Shown here: piece by piece, positions 27,177 through 37,008 of the stretch | How the letters are laid out: each line of letters begins with the position of its first letter | Position numbering within the stretch: position 1 is the stretch's first letter | Virus record (IMG/VR): IMGVR_UViG_3300042691_037543 | Coordinates: 1-64,000 of that record | Reading direction: 5' to 3' (one strand) | Source of the DNA: a virus | DNA length: 64,000 bases | The notes under the pieces: model-generated | Told to the model about the DNA's origin: nothing | The model's database searches: none | What the model saw: the letters and a program-made list of their open reading frames with translations, nothing else | Program-made: the position numbers and the translations under genes

Positions 27177-28330
27177 GAACTGCCTTCATCGCAGACGTGC
27201 ACATCGGCAACCACAGCGCACCGCAGCCTCCGCACAGTCTCGTCGCCCACACCAAGTCGCCGCTGTTGAACATGCGGGCGCAAGAGGTGTTGGGCGTGTT
27301 GAGTGCCGCGGTGGGGGTCGCGCAATACCACAAAGCCGCTGAGCTCGTCGTGTGCGGTGACCTGTTCGACGTGCCGTCGCCTTCTGCGCCGTTTTACATG
27401 GCCGCACGCGCGGCATTCAGCACGTTCATGGGCGACGTGGTCTTGTTGGCGGGCAACCACGAAATCGCGTCGTCGCAAGCAACCGACAGCCCGGCGGCGG
27501 TGCTCGCGAAGATGCTGCCTCGGTGTCGGTACGCCCCGCCTGGGCAGACGGTAGACACCCCGCGAGGTGTGCGGTGCCTCGGGTTCCCCGCGTTGGCAAC
27601 GCAGAGCGAAACCCTCGCCGCCGTGAGGGGCGCCGCGGCGGCCCGCGGGAACGCGTACATCCTGGCTACGCACTTGGGAGTCATCACCGACGGCACACCG
27701 CCGTGGAGCCGTGACTCTGCGGAGGCGCTCTCCGCGAGTGCGTTCCGCGAAGTGCTCAAGGGGTGGGGCGGCGTCGTGTTGGGAAACTGGCACGACGCCG
27801 AGAGCATCGAAGGCTCGCCGTGGGTCGAGCAGGTTGGCGCGCTGTGCCCAACGGGGTTCGACAACGCCAACGACCTGCTGAACTACGGCCAGTTGCTCGT
27901 CGTTGACCACGAAGAGGGTACGCGGTCGCGGCACTTCGTACCCGCGCCGCGGTTCGTCCGCGTGGACGTACCGAGCGGCGCACCTGTGCCCGACTTCGCG
28001 GCGGCGCTCGTCGGCGTACTCGCGCAGAAAGCCGGTCGGTACAACCTCGTGACCAACCTGTACGTCAGGCTGCGGTGTGTCGCTGGCGACCAACGCCGCG
28101 TACGGGACGAAGCAGAGAAGTACCGGCCGGCGCTCGAAGCACTCACCCGCGGTGTGGTGCTCGTCGTGGACCCAACCATGCCGAAAGACGTGAGCGTCAA
28201 GTCGGTGTCGGTCACGCAAGCGGAAGAAGACGACCACCTGTTTGACTACGTCGTGCAGACCGACATCCCGACGAACGTGCCGCGCAAGCGCTTGATGAAA
28301 ACCTTGAAAGAGTTGGTGAAGCGTGAGTAA
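27173..28330 (+). CDS. SbcD/Mre11/gp47-like metallophosphoesterase nuclease
   Basis: ADVHIG, GDLFD, AGNHE, THLG, GNWH motifs. Confidence 0.9.
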   Translation: MRTAFIADVHIGNHSAPQPPHSLVAHTKSPLLNMRAQEVLGVLSAAVGVAQYHKAAELVVCGDLFDVPSPSAPFYMAARAAFSTFMGDVVLLAGNHEIASSQATDSPAAVLAKMLPRCRYAPPGQTVDTPRGVRCLGFPALATQSETLAAVRGAAAARGNAYILATHLGVITDGTPPWSRDSAEALSASAFREVLKGWGGVVLGNWHDAESIEGSPWVEQVGALCPTGFDNANDLLNYGQLLVVDHEEGTRSRHFVPAPRFVRVDVPSGAPVPDFAAALVGVLAQKAGRYNLVTNLYVRLRCVAGDQRRVRDEAEKYRPALEALTRGVVLVVDPTMPKDVSVKSVSVTQAEEDDHLFDYVVQTDIPTNVPRKRLMKTLKELVKRE

Positions 28331-28721
28331 CGATCAGCGCTTCGCGCAGATGCGTGAAGCACTCGAAAAGCTGGCAGCGCACGACGCCAAATTGGCGAAG
28401 CCCGCAGCGACGTTCAAGCCACAGCGCGGGTCGGTGTTCACGCCGGGGTCGAACACTCCGACGGACCCGGCGTGGGCTGAGATGAACACAACCGAGGAGA
28501 TGATCGACTTCATGTTCGGGGCAGTCACCGCCAACCTCGCGGCGCTCTCCGAATGGGAGGTGACCTTCGTTGACTCAGCCAAGAACCAGCACAACCGCAA
28601 GATGGCGGCAGGGTTCAAGGCCACCAACACCCTGAGCGGGCGCCAGCTCGTCGTGCTGTACCGCATCGTGCAAAAGCTGGCGTCCACAACCGTGAAGGCG
28701 ATGACCAATGAAGATCAGTGA
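28323..28721 (+). CDS. Hypothetical protein (132 aa)
   Basis: LSEWEVTFVDS...LSGRQ small helical phage motif. Confidence 0.7.
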   Translation: MSNDQRFAQMREALEKLAAHDAKLAKPAATFKPQRGSVFTPGSNTPTDPAWAEMNTTEEMIDFMFGAVTANLAALSEWEVTFVDSAKNQHNRKMAAGFKATNTLSGRQLVVLYRIVQKLASTTVKAMTNEDQ

Positions 28722-30333
28722 CCTGAGCATCGAAGGGTTCTGCGGCATCGGCTCGCGCGCCAACGTGGCGTTCCCACAAACGGGCCTCGTGCTCGTGACG
28801 GGCCGCAACGGGTACGGCAAGAGTACGTTGATCGAATCCGTCTCCCACGCCGTGTGGGGCGAGGGTGTGTTTCGCACCGGGTCGCTGTGGGCGGACAAGG
28901 GCACCATCGAGCTGCACACACACGACGGCTCGATGGTGCACAGACAACGCGCGGGCTCGCGTACGTCGGGGCAGTTGTACCGGCACGGCAGTACGTCGCT
29001 GTTCGACACCGCTACGAAGATGAACGAGGCGGCAGCGACGGCGTTCGGGTCACACGACGCGTGGCGCACGACGCACATCATCGAGCCCAGCGACGCGGCG
29101 ATGTTCACGCGCGCAAGCGACACGGTGCGAAAGCACGTCTTGGAGGGGCTTCTCGGGCTGAGCGTCTACGACGACGCCCTGGTGAAGTCCCGCACGTTCC
29201 GCAAGGCAGCAGACCGGGTACGCGAAGACACGGCGAACAAGATCGCCGAGATTCGCGGTCGCCTGGAGACGCTCAACAACGTGTACAGCGCGTCCAAGTC
29301 GGCCCGCTCGAAAGAGGAGCTCACCGCGATCATCGACGACGCCACCGCGCGCATAGACGCCCTGCAACAGCGCATCACGGAGTGCGACGACAAGGTGGGC
29401 GATCTGCGGTCGTCGGCCCAAAACCTACGCAGCTCCGAAGCGGTGCTGGTTGCGAAGCTGCACAACATCCACCGCGTAGCCGTGCACGGCGACCGGGTGT
29501 GTCCCCTGTGCGGCAGCACCGTCGGTGACGACGTGGCCAAGGGGATCAATGATGCCGCGACTGCCGAAGAACACGAAGTGAAAGCCCAACTTGCGGAGCT
29601 GCGAGAGAAAGCCCACCTGTGCGAAGCCGAGTTGAGCACGCAGTTGCTCGTGCAGGGCGACACGCGCCGGGATCAGGTGGCCCAGCAAGGCCGGCAAGAC
29701 GCGGCGCGCCGCGAGCTCGACATCGTTCAGAAGGCCGAGGGCATTCGCGAGCGCATGGAGGCCGAGCAGGCACAGCTCGACGTGCTGAACGACAAGCTCG
29801 CGAACTCCATGACCGACGTAGACCTGTACGCGACCGCCGAGAAGATTCTCGGGGTGCGTGGTGTGCGCGCGCACATCCTCGACAACGCGGTCAACGCGCT
29901 CGGGCACTTCGCGGCGCAATGGATGTCGCAGCTCTCCGACAACGAGATGAGCGTCTCCGTGCAGTCCTACACGGAGAACACCCGCGGCGACGCCCGCAAC
30001 GCTATCTCCATCTCGCTGCTGCGCGGTGACCGCACGACGCCGTACGCCGCCTGCTCTCGCGGTGAGCAGCGCCGCATCGACATCGCCGTGACGCTCGCGC
30101 TGGCCGACATTCAGTCGTCCGCGACGGCGCACCCGACGGGCACGCTGTTCGTAGACGAGATCATGGACGGGCTCGACTACGCCGGGGCTCTCGCAACGCT
30201 GAGCTGTCTCGCGAAGATGGCAGCCAAGCGTTGCGTAGTGGTAATTACTCACAAGGCGAGCGTGCAGCTCGCCGCGAAGGCTGCGGCGCACTTCATGTTC
30301 GTGGCGCCGGGGGTTATCGAAAGGGCGAAGTAA
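28708..30333 (+). CDS. SbcC/Rad50/gp46-like ATPase
   Basis: GRNGYGKST, coiled coil with CPLCG Zn hook, CSRGE signature, LFVDE, VITH. Confidence 0.93.
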   Translation: MKISDLSIEGFCGIGSRANVAFPQTGLVLVTGRNGYGKSTLIESVSHAVWGEGVFRTGSLWADKGTIELHTHDGSMVHRQRAGSRTSGQLYRHGSTSLFDTATKMNEAAATAFGSHDAWRTTHIIEPSDAAMFTRASDTVRKHVLEGLLGLSVYDDALVKSRTFRKAADRVREDTANKIAEIRGRLETLNNVYSASKSARSKEELTAIIDDATARIDALQQRITECDDKVGDLRSSAQNLRSSEAVLVAKLHNIHRVAVHGDRVCPLCGSTVGDDVAKGINDAATAEEHEVKAQLAELREKAHLCEAELSTQLLVQGDTRRDQVAQQGRQDAARRELDIVQKAEGIRERMEAEQAQLDVLNDKLANSMTDVDLYATAEKILGVRGVRAHILDNAVNALGHFAAQWMSQLSDNEMSVSVQSYTENTRGDARNAISISLLRGDRTTPYAACSRGEQRRIDIAVTLALADIQSSATAHPTGTLFVDEIMDGLDYAGALATLSCLAKMAAKRCVVVITHKASVQLAAKAAAHFMFVAPGVIERAK

Positions 30334-31010
30334 TGAGCGACCGCGTGGAGTTTCAGAAGGTAGGCAACCTGACGGTCGGGCTCGTCCCGCTCAGCCGGCT
30401 GGTGCAGCGTCGGACGAACTACCGACAGATGAGCGACCGCGACTACGCGGCGCTCAAGACGGCGATCTCCACGTTCGGGTTCAGCACGGTCATCGCCGTG
30501 CGGCTCGCTGCCGACGGTGAGCACTACGAAGTCATCGACGGCCACCACCGCTGGCGCGCGGCGAAGGAGCTGGAGATGGACAGCATCCCGGCGGCCCTGG
30601 TCAACACCGACGACGACATGGCCGACGTAGCCATGCTCTCTTTCAACGTCTCGGGCGACGTGTTGCCCGACGTGCTGATGGAGATGCTCCGCGAGATGAG
30701 CTCGCGCGTCGCGTCCTCCGTGGTGGAGGCGCACGCGGGGTTCAGCGATGGGTTCATCGAGGAAGCGATCCGCGCCGCCGAGGGCGCCGTGTCGGCCGTC
30801 GCCCCGCCGAAGGAACCCAAGGCACGCGCGACTCCGAAGGAGCCCACCGTCGATCGCATCGAGCCGGTGCCGACCATCACCGTGCTGCTCACGCGGCAGA
30901 TGGCCCGAGCCATCGAGGCGATTCGCAAGGACCGCAGCTACGACTCGTCGATGAGCGACGCCGACGTGCTCACGGCTGTGATGCTCGATACGGCGATGGG
31001 CGATGCCTAA
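30333..31010 (+). CDS. ParB/Sulfiredoxin N-terminal domain protein 2
   Basis: NYRQM...AISTFGF...YEVIDGHHRWRAAKEL. Confidence 0.85.
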   Translation: MSDRVEFQKVGNLTVGLVPLSRLVQRRTNYRQMSDRDYAALKTAISTFGFSTVIAVRLAADGEHYEVIDGHHRWRAAKELEMDSIPAALVNTDDDMADVAMLSFNVSGDVLPDVLMEMLREMSSRVASSVVEAHAGFSDGFIEEAIRAAEGAVSAVAPPKEPKARATPKEPTVDRIEPVPTITVLLTRQMARAIEAIRKDRSYDSSMSDADVLTAVMLDTAMGDA

Positions 31011-31398
31011 GAAAGCCAAGCCCTCGGCCGAGGCAACGCGCCGGGCGAAAGGGTCGCGGCGTAAGGGGCAGACCTACGAGCGTGAAAACGCCAACCGGCT
31101 CAAGTCGGTGTGGCCAGATGCCAAGCGCGGCATCGGTCAGGCGCGGAGCGCGAAAGAGGTGGCCGACGTAGAGGGCACCCCCTACTGGATCGAAGCGAAG
31201 CATCACAAGCGCGTCAACATTCGGGCGGCCTTCAACCAGGGCACAGAGGCCACCGATGGGCGCCCGGTCGTCGTGGTGAGCCGCGACACGAACAAGCCGC
31301 CCGATCTTGTGACCATGAGCTTCGACGAGTGGCTCCGCTTGGTCGCAGAGTTGGCGAAGCTGCGGAAGGTCGTCGATGACTACTTGGACAAGGTGTAG
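31003..31398 (+). CDS. Holliday junction resolvase (PD-(D/E)XK)
   Basis: SRRKGQTYERE...ADV...IEAK. Confidence 0.85.
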   Translation: MPKKAKPSAEATRRAKGSRRKGQTYERENANRLKSVWPDAKRGIGQARSAKEVADVEGTPYWIEAKHHKRVNIRAAFNQGTEATDGRPVVVVSRDTNKPPDLVTMSFDEWLRLVAELAKLRKVVDDYLDKV

Positions 31399-31400
31399 CC

Positions 31401-31709
31401 GTGGCCTGCCGATGTGAGCACTGCGATGAGTTTCACCCGCGGGCCCACGACTTGTGTGAGTTCTGCGAGGAGCACTGCCCGCACATGATCGAACCGCAGG
31501 GAAACTTCGTCGAAGGCTTCCTCGGCATTCAGCGGTGGCACGCGCACCGGGCCAAGTCGTACCTCGACGATATGGCTGTAGACGGCTCCGTCCATGCCGG
31601 CACGCTGATGCGACACGGCATGGACGGAGTCTTGCGCGACCTACGCTTGCTGAAAGAGTCGCGTGAGCTCGACCGAGGCTTTCTTAGAAGTCTCGATCGA
31701 ACGCAGTAG
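31401..31709 (+). CDS. Cys/His-rich hypothetical protein
   Basis: CRCEHC...LCEFCEEHC; AAGG before GTG start. Confidence 0.6.
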   Translation: MACRCEHCDEFHPRAHDLCEFCEEHCPHMIEPQGNFVEGFLGIQRWHAHRAKSYLDDMAVDGSVHAGTLMRHGMDGVLRDLRLLKESRELDRGFLRSLDRTQ

Positions 31710-31714
31710 GCACG

Positions 31715-32695
31715 CTACTTGTTGAGCGCCAGGATGGCTTGCGTCGTGGCGGGGCCGACGATGCCGTCAACCTTGAGCCCCGCATCGCGCTGAAATGCCT
31801 GTATGGCGCCGGCACCGCCGTACCCGGCTCGTTGCAGCTTGCAGGCGAGCACGAAGGCGATCCGCCCTTCTTCGTCGGAGCGCGTGGGCAGCGCCCATCC
31901 GAAGCTGAGCGGGTGGCGGAGTGCGCCCGCGATGGTGTCCGTACGGCTGACATGGTGCAGCTGATAGTACGGCGCCCAATCCACGTCGGTTAGGTCCGCG
32001 GGCCCGTCGGGGGCGTCCGGGCGAATGCCCAGGTTCCGCACGCCGTCACGCCACGAGGCCAGGGCGCGCGCCTCGCGCCGCGGGAGGGCGCCCCGGTGCG
32101 CCATGCCGGCGTCACCCGCGGCGCCCGCGGCGTAGACCTGCGCGGCCGACAGACGCACGGGCGACCGCGCCCCCAACCACGCCGCCCACGGGTAGGTGGT
32201 GTGGAAGCTGGGGTGATCGTACGCGGTGTGCCACTGAAGAAGCTGCGGGTAGGCTGCCTCGACAGCCTTCAACGACTCTTCGATGGCTTCCTTGAGACGC
32301 GACCGCTGTGAAGCATCCGGCGGCGTCTTCCAGTCCGCCTCGGCGTTCCACATGGTCGCGTCGGCGCCCGCGTCGGCTGCGGCGCCGGCACAACGAAGAA
32401 ACTGCCCGATCGCCCACTTCGTGTTGCGCCCGCCTTTGGTGACGGACCGCGCCGTGCCATCGACGCCGCAGCCGATGACGAGTCGGTAGCCCTCGCCGCG
32501 AAGCAGCGACACGAGACGCTTCGGGGTCCAAGTGTGGAGCTGTACGGCTTCTGGTCGCGCCTCGGCAAGCAGCTTGGCGACTTCGACGGTGTAGGCGTTG
32601 TGAATCCCGCCGGAAGGACTCCAGAGGGTCGGCACAAGACCACGGAACGGCGCGCCGCCCACGGCGGCGTCGGGCACAGCAGGGTTGCTCGTCAT
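31715..32695 (-). CDS. Putative endolysin with C-terminal peptidoglycan-binding domain
   Basis: AIQAFQRDAGLKVDGIVGPATTQAI (PG_binding_1); N-terminal domain with NAE motif, possibly a glycoside hydrolase. Confidence 0.75.
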   Translation of the reverse strand: MTSNPAVPDAAVGGAPFRGLVPTLWSPSGGIHNAYTVEVAKLLAEARPEAVQLHTWTPKRLVSLLRGEGYRLVIGCGVDGTARSVTKGGRNTKWAIGQFLRCAGAAADAGADATMWNAEADWKTPPDASQRSRLKEAIEESLKAVEAAYPQLLQWHTAYDHPSFHTTYPWAAWLGARSPVRLSAAQVYAAGAAGDAGMAHRGALPRREARALASWRDGVRNLGIRPDAPDGPADLTDVDWAPYYQLHHVSRTDTIAGALRHPLSFGWALPTRSDEEGRIAFVLACKLQRAGYGGAGAIQAFQRDAGLKVDGIVGPATTQAILALNK

Positions 32696-32720
32696 GGTGC
32701 GAGCCTAGCAGGAGCAAAGC

Positions 32721-33203
32721 ATGAGCGAGCTGGTCGTAGAACCGATCCCTGTCGTGAGCCTAGAGAGCTTGTCTCCCACATCCGTCAGCGTGGGCCCCAG
32801 CAGCTTCCTGTGCGCGGTGTGCAGGGTGACACAGCGTGAAATGTACAACAACGGGCTGTTCATTATCGCACCATGTATCGGGGACAACGGTGTGGTTCGG
32901 CGAGCGGTGAACCACCCGGTACTTTGGCTTTGTCACCAATGCGGGTCGTCGGCCCCGAGGATGGTCAGGGACGATTGCTGGTTTATAACAACCACGCCAC
33001 AAGCCCACCACCCTTTCATCGTGCGTGTGTCGATGCACCTCGCCAGTCAAAAGACCAAAGACGGGCGGGATATTGCCCTGCTGGCACGGCGTGCGATGGA
33101 CTTCGAGGGTCCGTTCACATGGCGGCTCGTTGGCCCGCACGAAGCGGCCATCGCCTACTACGAGGCTGTCGCGACGATGGTGGTGATGACACATGGAGAT
33201 TGA
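32721..33203 (+). CDS. CxxC-CxxC Zn-finger hypothetical protein
   Basis: AGGAG RBS; CAVC...CHQC. Confidence 0.75.
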   Translation: MSELVVEPIPVVSLESLSPTSVSVGPSSFLCAVCRVTQREMYNNGLFIIAPCIGDNGVVRRAVNHPVLWLCHQCGSSAPRMVRDDCWFITTTPQAHHPFIVRVSMHLASQKTKDGRDIALLARRAMDFEGPFTWRLVGPHEAAIAYYEAVATMVVMTHGD

Positions 33204-33633
33204 ATACTTTAATGAAAGAGTGGTGATGAGCGGATTCGGCGACGCAGTCCGCTTTTACGAAGGTGAGTCGCGGAAAAGCTGCATGATCTGCCGCAAGAAC
33301 ACTGAGAATACATCGACAACAAGAATGCTGTTCCTGCGCCGCATCGGCTACGAAGTCGTGGACTTCGGCCCCCTGTGTGGAGCCTGCCTCTCAGGCACGA
33401 GAAGCGTGAACCTCCACTGCGGCGCGCGATCCGCACAAGTGCACTTCGTGCGCGGATTCCTCGCGGTGTGGCGAACCACACAGGAATCTTGGCGGCACGT
33501 CGTCGGTAGTTGGGACGCAATCGGCGGCGGGTGGCGCTGCGCCATCGTCGCGGGCTCTGTCGAAGAAGCTGACCAGTTCGCGTCCGCATCATTGACTGCC
33601 TTGATGATGTCGCTGGAAGACACGCGTGAATAA
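33193..33633 (+). CDS. CxxC-CxxC Zn-finger hypothetical protein
   Basis: CMIC...CGAC; overlaps neighbours. Confidence 0.72.
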   Translation: MEIEYFNERVVMSGFGDAVRFYEGESRKSCMICRKNTENTSTTRMLFLRRIGYEVVDFGPLCGACLSGTRSVNLHCGARSAQVHFVRGFLAVWRTTQESWRHVVGSWDAIGGGWRCAIVAGSVEEADQFASASLTALMMSLEDTRE

Positions 33634-34183
33634 CGACCCCGAGCACCTTCTGAACGTCGCGAACGTGCTGTTTTGCAACCGCCCGTGTGTACACTGCGGT
33701 ACCGCCTGCTTTCATATAAGCGTCCTGGGTGAGACGCCGCCGGCTCTCGTATGCGTGCGTATGCCCGACATGCCGTGGGTTGTGGACGAAGCCGATCCCC
33801 AAAAAGGGCCGTGCTCGTGGTGCCGAAGCTACGCGCGTGTACGGCGCAACGGCCGCAGCGTGCGGGCAGGCGCTTGGGGTATGCTTCCGACATGGAAGCT
33901 GTGTAAATTCCGCTTCGGTTGGGTGATGGGGCCACACCTCTACTTCGCGGTCGGTAGACCCGTGCCGGGTGACCCCGGCCGTGTCGCCGAAATTGCGCTG
34001 CGCGTGTTGACCATCCCCGGTCGAGTAAGAGGCGACTTCCACAACTTTCACTTGATAAATTTCAGCGGGACACGCGCAGTGGTGCAACCGATAAACAAGC
34101 GGTGGACGCACCCTAGTGTAGCTGCGTTCATAAAAGACACAGCGACGGCGCTCGCTGTTTCTCTAACACTGTCCACGGAGTAA
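33626..34183 (+). CDS. CxxC-CxxC Zn-finger hypothetical protein
   Basis: CVHC...CSWC. Confidence 0.7.
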   Translation: MNNDPEHLLNVANVLFCNRPCVHCGTACFHISVLGETPPALVCVRMPDMPWVVDEADPQKGPCSWCRSYARVRRNGRSVRAGAWGMLPTWKLCKFRFGWVMGPHLYFAVGRPVPGDPGRVAEIALRVLTIPGRVRGDFHNFHLINFSGTRAVVQPINKRWTHPSVAAFIKDTATALAVSLTLSTE

Positions 34184-34187
34184 AAAG

Positions 34188-35360
34188 ATGGAGCTCTCAC
34201 TCGAAAAGCACTTCACGAAGCTCTACCGCACTATGCTCGACAAGCCCGCGGAGGTATTCGCGCTCCGCGGCGCGGTTGGGGTGGCCATCGTGCACTGGCT
34301 GGATTCCGGCTGGAACGTGTACCTGCCCGGTGAACCGTTGGTGCGGCGTCACTGGGCCGATTACCCCGAAGCTCGTCAGGCTATCGAGGCGTTGGTGGTC
34401 CGTGTTGGTGGGATGCTTTTCGCTGGGCGCCCGCTGACGCACCCGAATGTGTCGATGAGCTGTGGTGAGCGTGGTGGGCCGGGAAAAGGGCGCTTGGTGT
34501 ACCGCGTTCGCGTCGGCGCGGACCAGGAGGTATTCGACGACGCGAACGCGGCAGCGCTGCGATGGATGATCGCCGTTGCCGAGTACGCGGAGACGCCTGC
34601 GGAGACGCCGGCCGAGCCCTACGTCCGCCCGCTCAACAAGCAAGACTTCGACGTGCACGACGAGATGAACCCCGACGGCACCGTCAGGTGCACGGTGTAC
34701 GCGCTTCGGAACGGCCAGGGGCTCCGTATCGCGTACTGGCCCTCCGAGGGGATGTACGAAGCGTACGATGTTAACGAGACGTTGCAGTACACGGGCTACT
34801 TCTGCGCGGTAGAGTTCGATGCCGCAATCGACAAGCTGCGGCAGGTTGCTGTGCAGTCATTGGCTGCGTATCATCTGCCTTTCAAGCTAGACGGCGCGAC
34901 CCGCCGCGCCGTCGAGAGCCCTGACGGCAAGCGCTGGACGTTCGCGTCTGCGGAGAACGCGCAGCGCTATTGGTTGGCGAGCATCGCGGGGCACATACCG
35001 CCGGCCACCACCCCGGAGCCCGCCGAGCCTAGTGCGGTGCCGGTCGAGTCCACCGACGACGAAGGAGGGAAGAAGTACGACGGCGGCAAGCCCGACTACG
35101 CACTCCTTCCGCCGCTCGCGATCGATGCGATGGTGCGCGTGCTCACCTACGGGGCGAAGAAGTACGGCCCCGACAACTGGCGCAAGGTGCCCGACCTGCG
35201 GCGCCGGTACCTCTCCGCGCTGCTGCGGCATGTCTTCGCGCACATGCGGGGCGAGACGCGCGACCCCGAGACGGGGGAGAACCACCTCGCGCACGCGCTG
35301 TGCTGCGTGGCCTTCATTCTTGAGCTCGACGAGGAGAGCGCGACCTCTGGGAAGGCGTGA
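34188..35360 (+). CDS. Protein with C-terminal dATP/dGTP diphosphohydrolase (DUF5664-like) domain
   Basis: GKKYDGGKPDYALLP...VLTYGAKKYGPDNWRK...ALLRH...DPETGENHLAHA. Confidence 0.88.
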   Translation: MELSLEKHFTKLYRTMLDKPAEVFALRGAVGVAIVHWLDSGWNVYLPGEPLVRRHWADYPEARQAIEALVVRVGGMLFAGRPLTHPNVSMSCGERGGPGKGRLVYRVRVGADQEVFDDANAAALRWMIAVAEYAETPAETPAEPYVRPLNKQDFDVHDEMNPDGTVRCTVYALRNGQGLRIAYWPSEGMYEAYDVNETLQYTGYFCAVEFDAAIDKLRQVAVQSLAAYHLPFKLDGATRRAVESPDGKRWTFASAENAQRYWLASIAGHIPPATTPEPAEPSAVPVESTDDEGGKKYDGGKPDYALLPPLAIDAMVRVLTYGAKKYGPDNWRKVPDLRRRYLSALLRHVFAHMRGETRDPETGENHLAHALCCVAFILELDEESATSGKA

Positions 35361-35569
35361 TGCGTGGCGTTGCCGAAGTGCTCAATGTGGTCGCGTATGT
35401 GACCATTCCTATGTTCGGCGTAGCGCTCTCGTTCTACGCACTCATCGCGGTAGGCCCGATGCCAACGCAGAAGGCTATCTGCGCCGTGGTGCTCCATACG
35501 GGCGCGTGGCTCAACATCCTGGTTGCGTACCTGCATGAGTATGCGAGCAGGCACTACGGCGAGGGCTGA
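35357..35569 (+). CDS. Small two-TM membrane protein
   Basis: Two hydrophobic segments; overlap with upstream stop. Confidence 0.65.
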   Translation: MMRGVAEVLNVVAYVTIPMFGVALSFYALIAVGPMPTQKAICAVVLHTGAWLNILVAYLHEYASRHYGEG

Positions 35570-35622
35570 CCCCCCACCGCGCTGTGCGGTGGGGTGACAA
35601 CGGATCGAAAGGAACACAGACG

Positions 35623-35958
35623 ATGAATACTCAACAATACGAAGAAGAAGTCCGTCGAACTACGCCCAGCACTACCAGCGACGCGCAGGGGTGGTCGCTC
35701 GTCGGGCTCGGGCTCGCGGGAGAAGCCGGCGAGGTGGTCGAGCTCATCAAGAAGCACGTTCACCACGGGCGCGGGCTCGACCGCGAGAATCTGCTGAAAG
35801 AGCTCGGGGACGTGCTCTGGTACCTCACGCTCGGGGCACATCTCGGCGGCTTCACGCTCGAAGAAGTGATGGACGCGAACATCGCGAAGTTGCGTGCGCG
35901 CTTCCCCCACGGCTGGAGCGCCGAGGCGGCGAACGCGAAGGCCGACGAGAAGCGCTGA
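35623..35958 (+). CDS. mazG: MazG-like nucleotide pyrophosphohydrolase
   Basis: LGLAGEAGEVVELIKK...ELGDVLWY...NIAKLRARFPHG. Confidence 0.92.
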   Translation: MNTQQYEEEVRRTTPSTTSDAQGWSLVGLGLAGEAGEVVELIKKHVHHGRGLDRENLLKELGDVLWYLTLGAHLGGFTLEEVMDANIAKLRARFPHGWSAEAANAKADEKR

Positions 35959-36021
35959 CACACCCACGCGAGCGCGTACGCGCGGTGCGACTCCGCGCGG
36001 TGGGGCCAGGAGGGAGAGGCG

Positions 36022-36435
36022 ATGAATGACACCGACTTGCGCGCCGAGTTGGCTCGCGTGACCAAAGAGCGTGACGAACTCTTGCGCTGGAAGCGATGGA
36101 CCGTCGCACGCGAGATGGTGCTCGTGATGGGCAAGTCCATGAATCGCGAAGACCGCGAGCAGTCGGTCAGGTGGCACTTTGCGTTGACTCGCTACGGGGT
36201 CAGCCTGCGCTGCGAGCGCCAAGGGGCACGTCTGGTGATGTCCGTAGTACAAGACAAGCTCGGCATCCCCGCTGCCCGTCTGTCCGGCGTCGAATTGTCC
36301 CGAGAGCCCCCTCTCAGTAGCGCGATGACCCGGCGGTTGTGCAGACTCATCGGTGTGGACCCGAAACCGCTGCTTCGGGAGAGGGCGGACGCACTGCGCG
36401 CGATGATGAAGCTCGCGGGTAGTGTGCGGCCGTGA
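36022..36435 (+). CDS. XRE/Cro-like HTH protein
   Basis: VVQDKLGIPAARLSGVE...PP....RRLCRLIGVD; GGAGG RBS. Confidence 0.65.
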   Translation: MNDTDLRAELARVTKERDELLRWKRWTVAREMVLVMGKSMNREDREQSVRWHFALTRYGVSLRCERQGARLVMSVVQDKLGIPAARLSGVELSREPPLSSAMTRRLCRLIGVDPKPLLRERADALRAMMKLAGSVRP

Positions 36436-36465
36436 ATAGATCACTTAAAAAGAAACGAGGCTGCG

Positions 36466-37008
36466 GTGCCTGTTAAAAAGAAAAAGAGCGACGTGCAGCC
36501 GTGCCAGTCGTATCGCAACCAGTATCGGTTGCGGCGCTGGTGGAACCACGACGTACCGATGATCGACTCGGATCGGTGCGAAGCCGCTTGGCCGTGGGGC
36601 CTGCCGCGATCGGCCTACACCACGACGAACACCGCGTGCGCGCGACCGGCGAATACAGCTCTCACCGGCCCCACCGCGGTGCTCGAATTCACCGTGCGCA
36701 AAACATTCAGAGTCATTGCGCGCATCGAGTACATGGGGGTCTTCAATTCTTATAAGCAAGCGCTCGGAGTGCGGCACTACGGGAAGAAGCCGAACTCGAT
36801 GCTGATGGGCATGTGGGTTCTCACGGACCTCAAGGTGTACACGCGCGAGCCGGAAGGGCACCTTGCCTTCGTGCAGCAGGTTGACCTCTACCCGTACGGT
36901 ACCGTGGGGCGGCGAGGGGAAATGGAAACCCACGCGCGGAACATCGCTGAGGAGTTTGCCGATGAGTACGCGAAAGCCGTTGTCGATGACATCACCAGGA
37001 CCGATTAA
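36466..37008 (+). CDS. Hypothetical protein (180 aa)
   Basis: GAGG RBS with GTG start. Confidence 0.7.
   Translation: MPVKKKKSDVQPCQSYRNQYRLRRWWNHDVPMIDSDRCEAAWPWGLPRSAYTTTNTACARPANTALTGPTAVLEFTVRKTFRVIARIEYMGVFNSYKQALGVRHYGKKPNSMLMGMWVLTDLKVYTREPEGHLAFVQQVDLYPYGTVGRRGEMETHARNIAEEFADEYAKAVVDDITRTD

Noticed and set aside
34188-35958. 2-aminoadenine (Z-genome) pathway
   Set aside because: No purZ or datZ-like HD hydrolase in the window; these hydrolases alone are common in ordinary phages.
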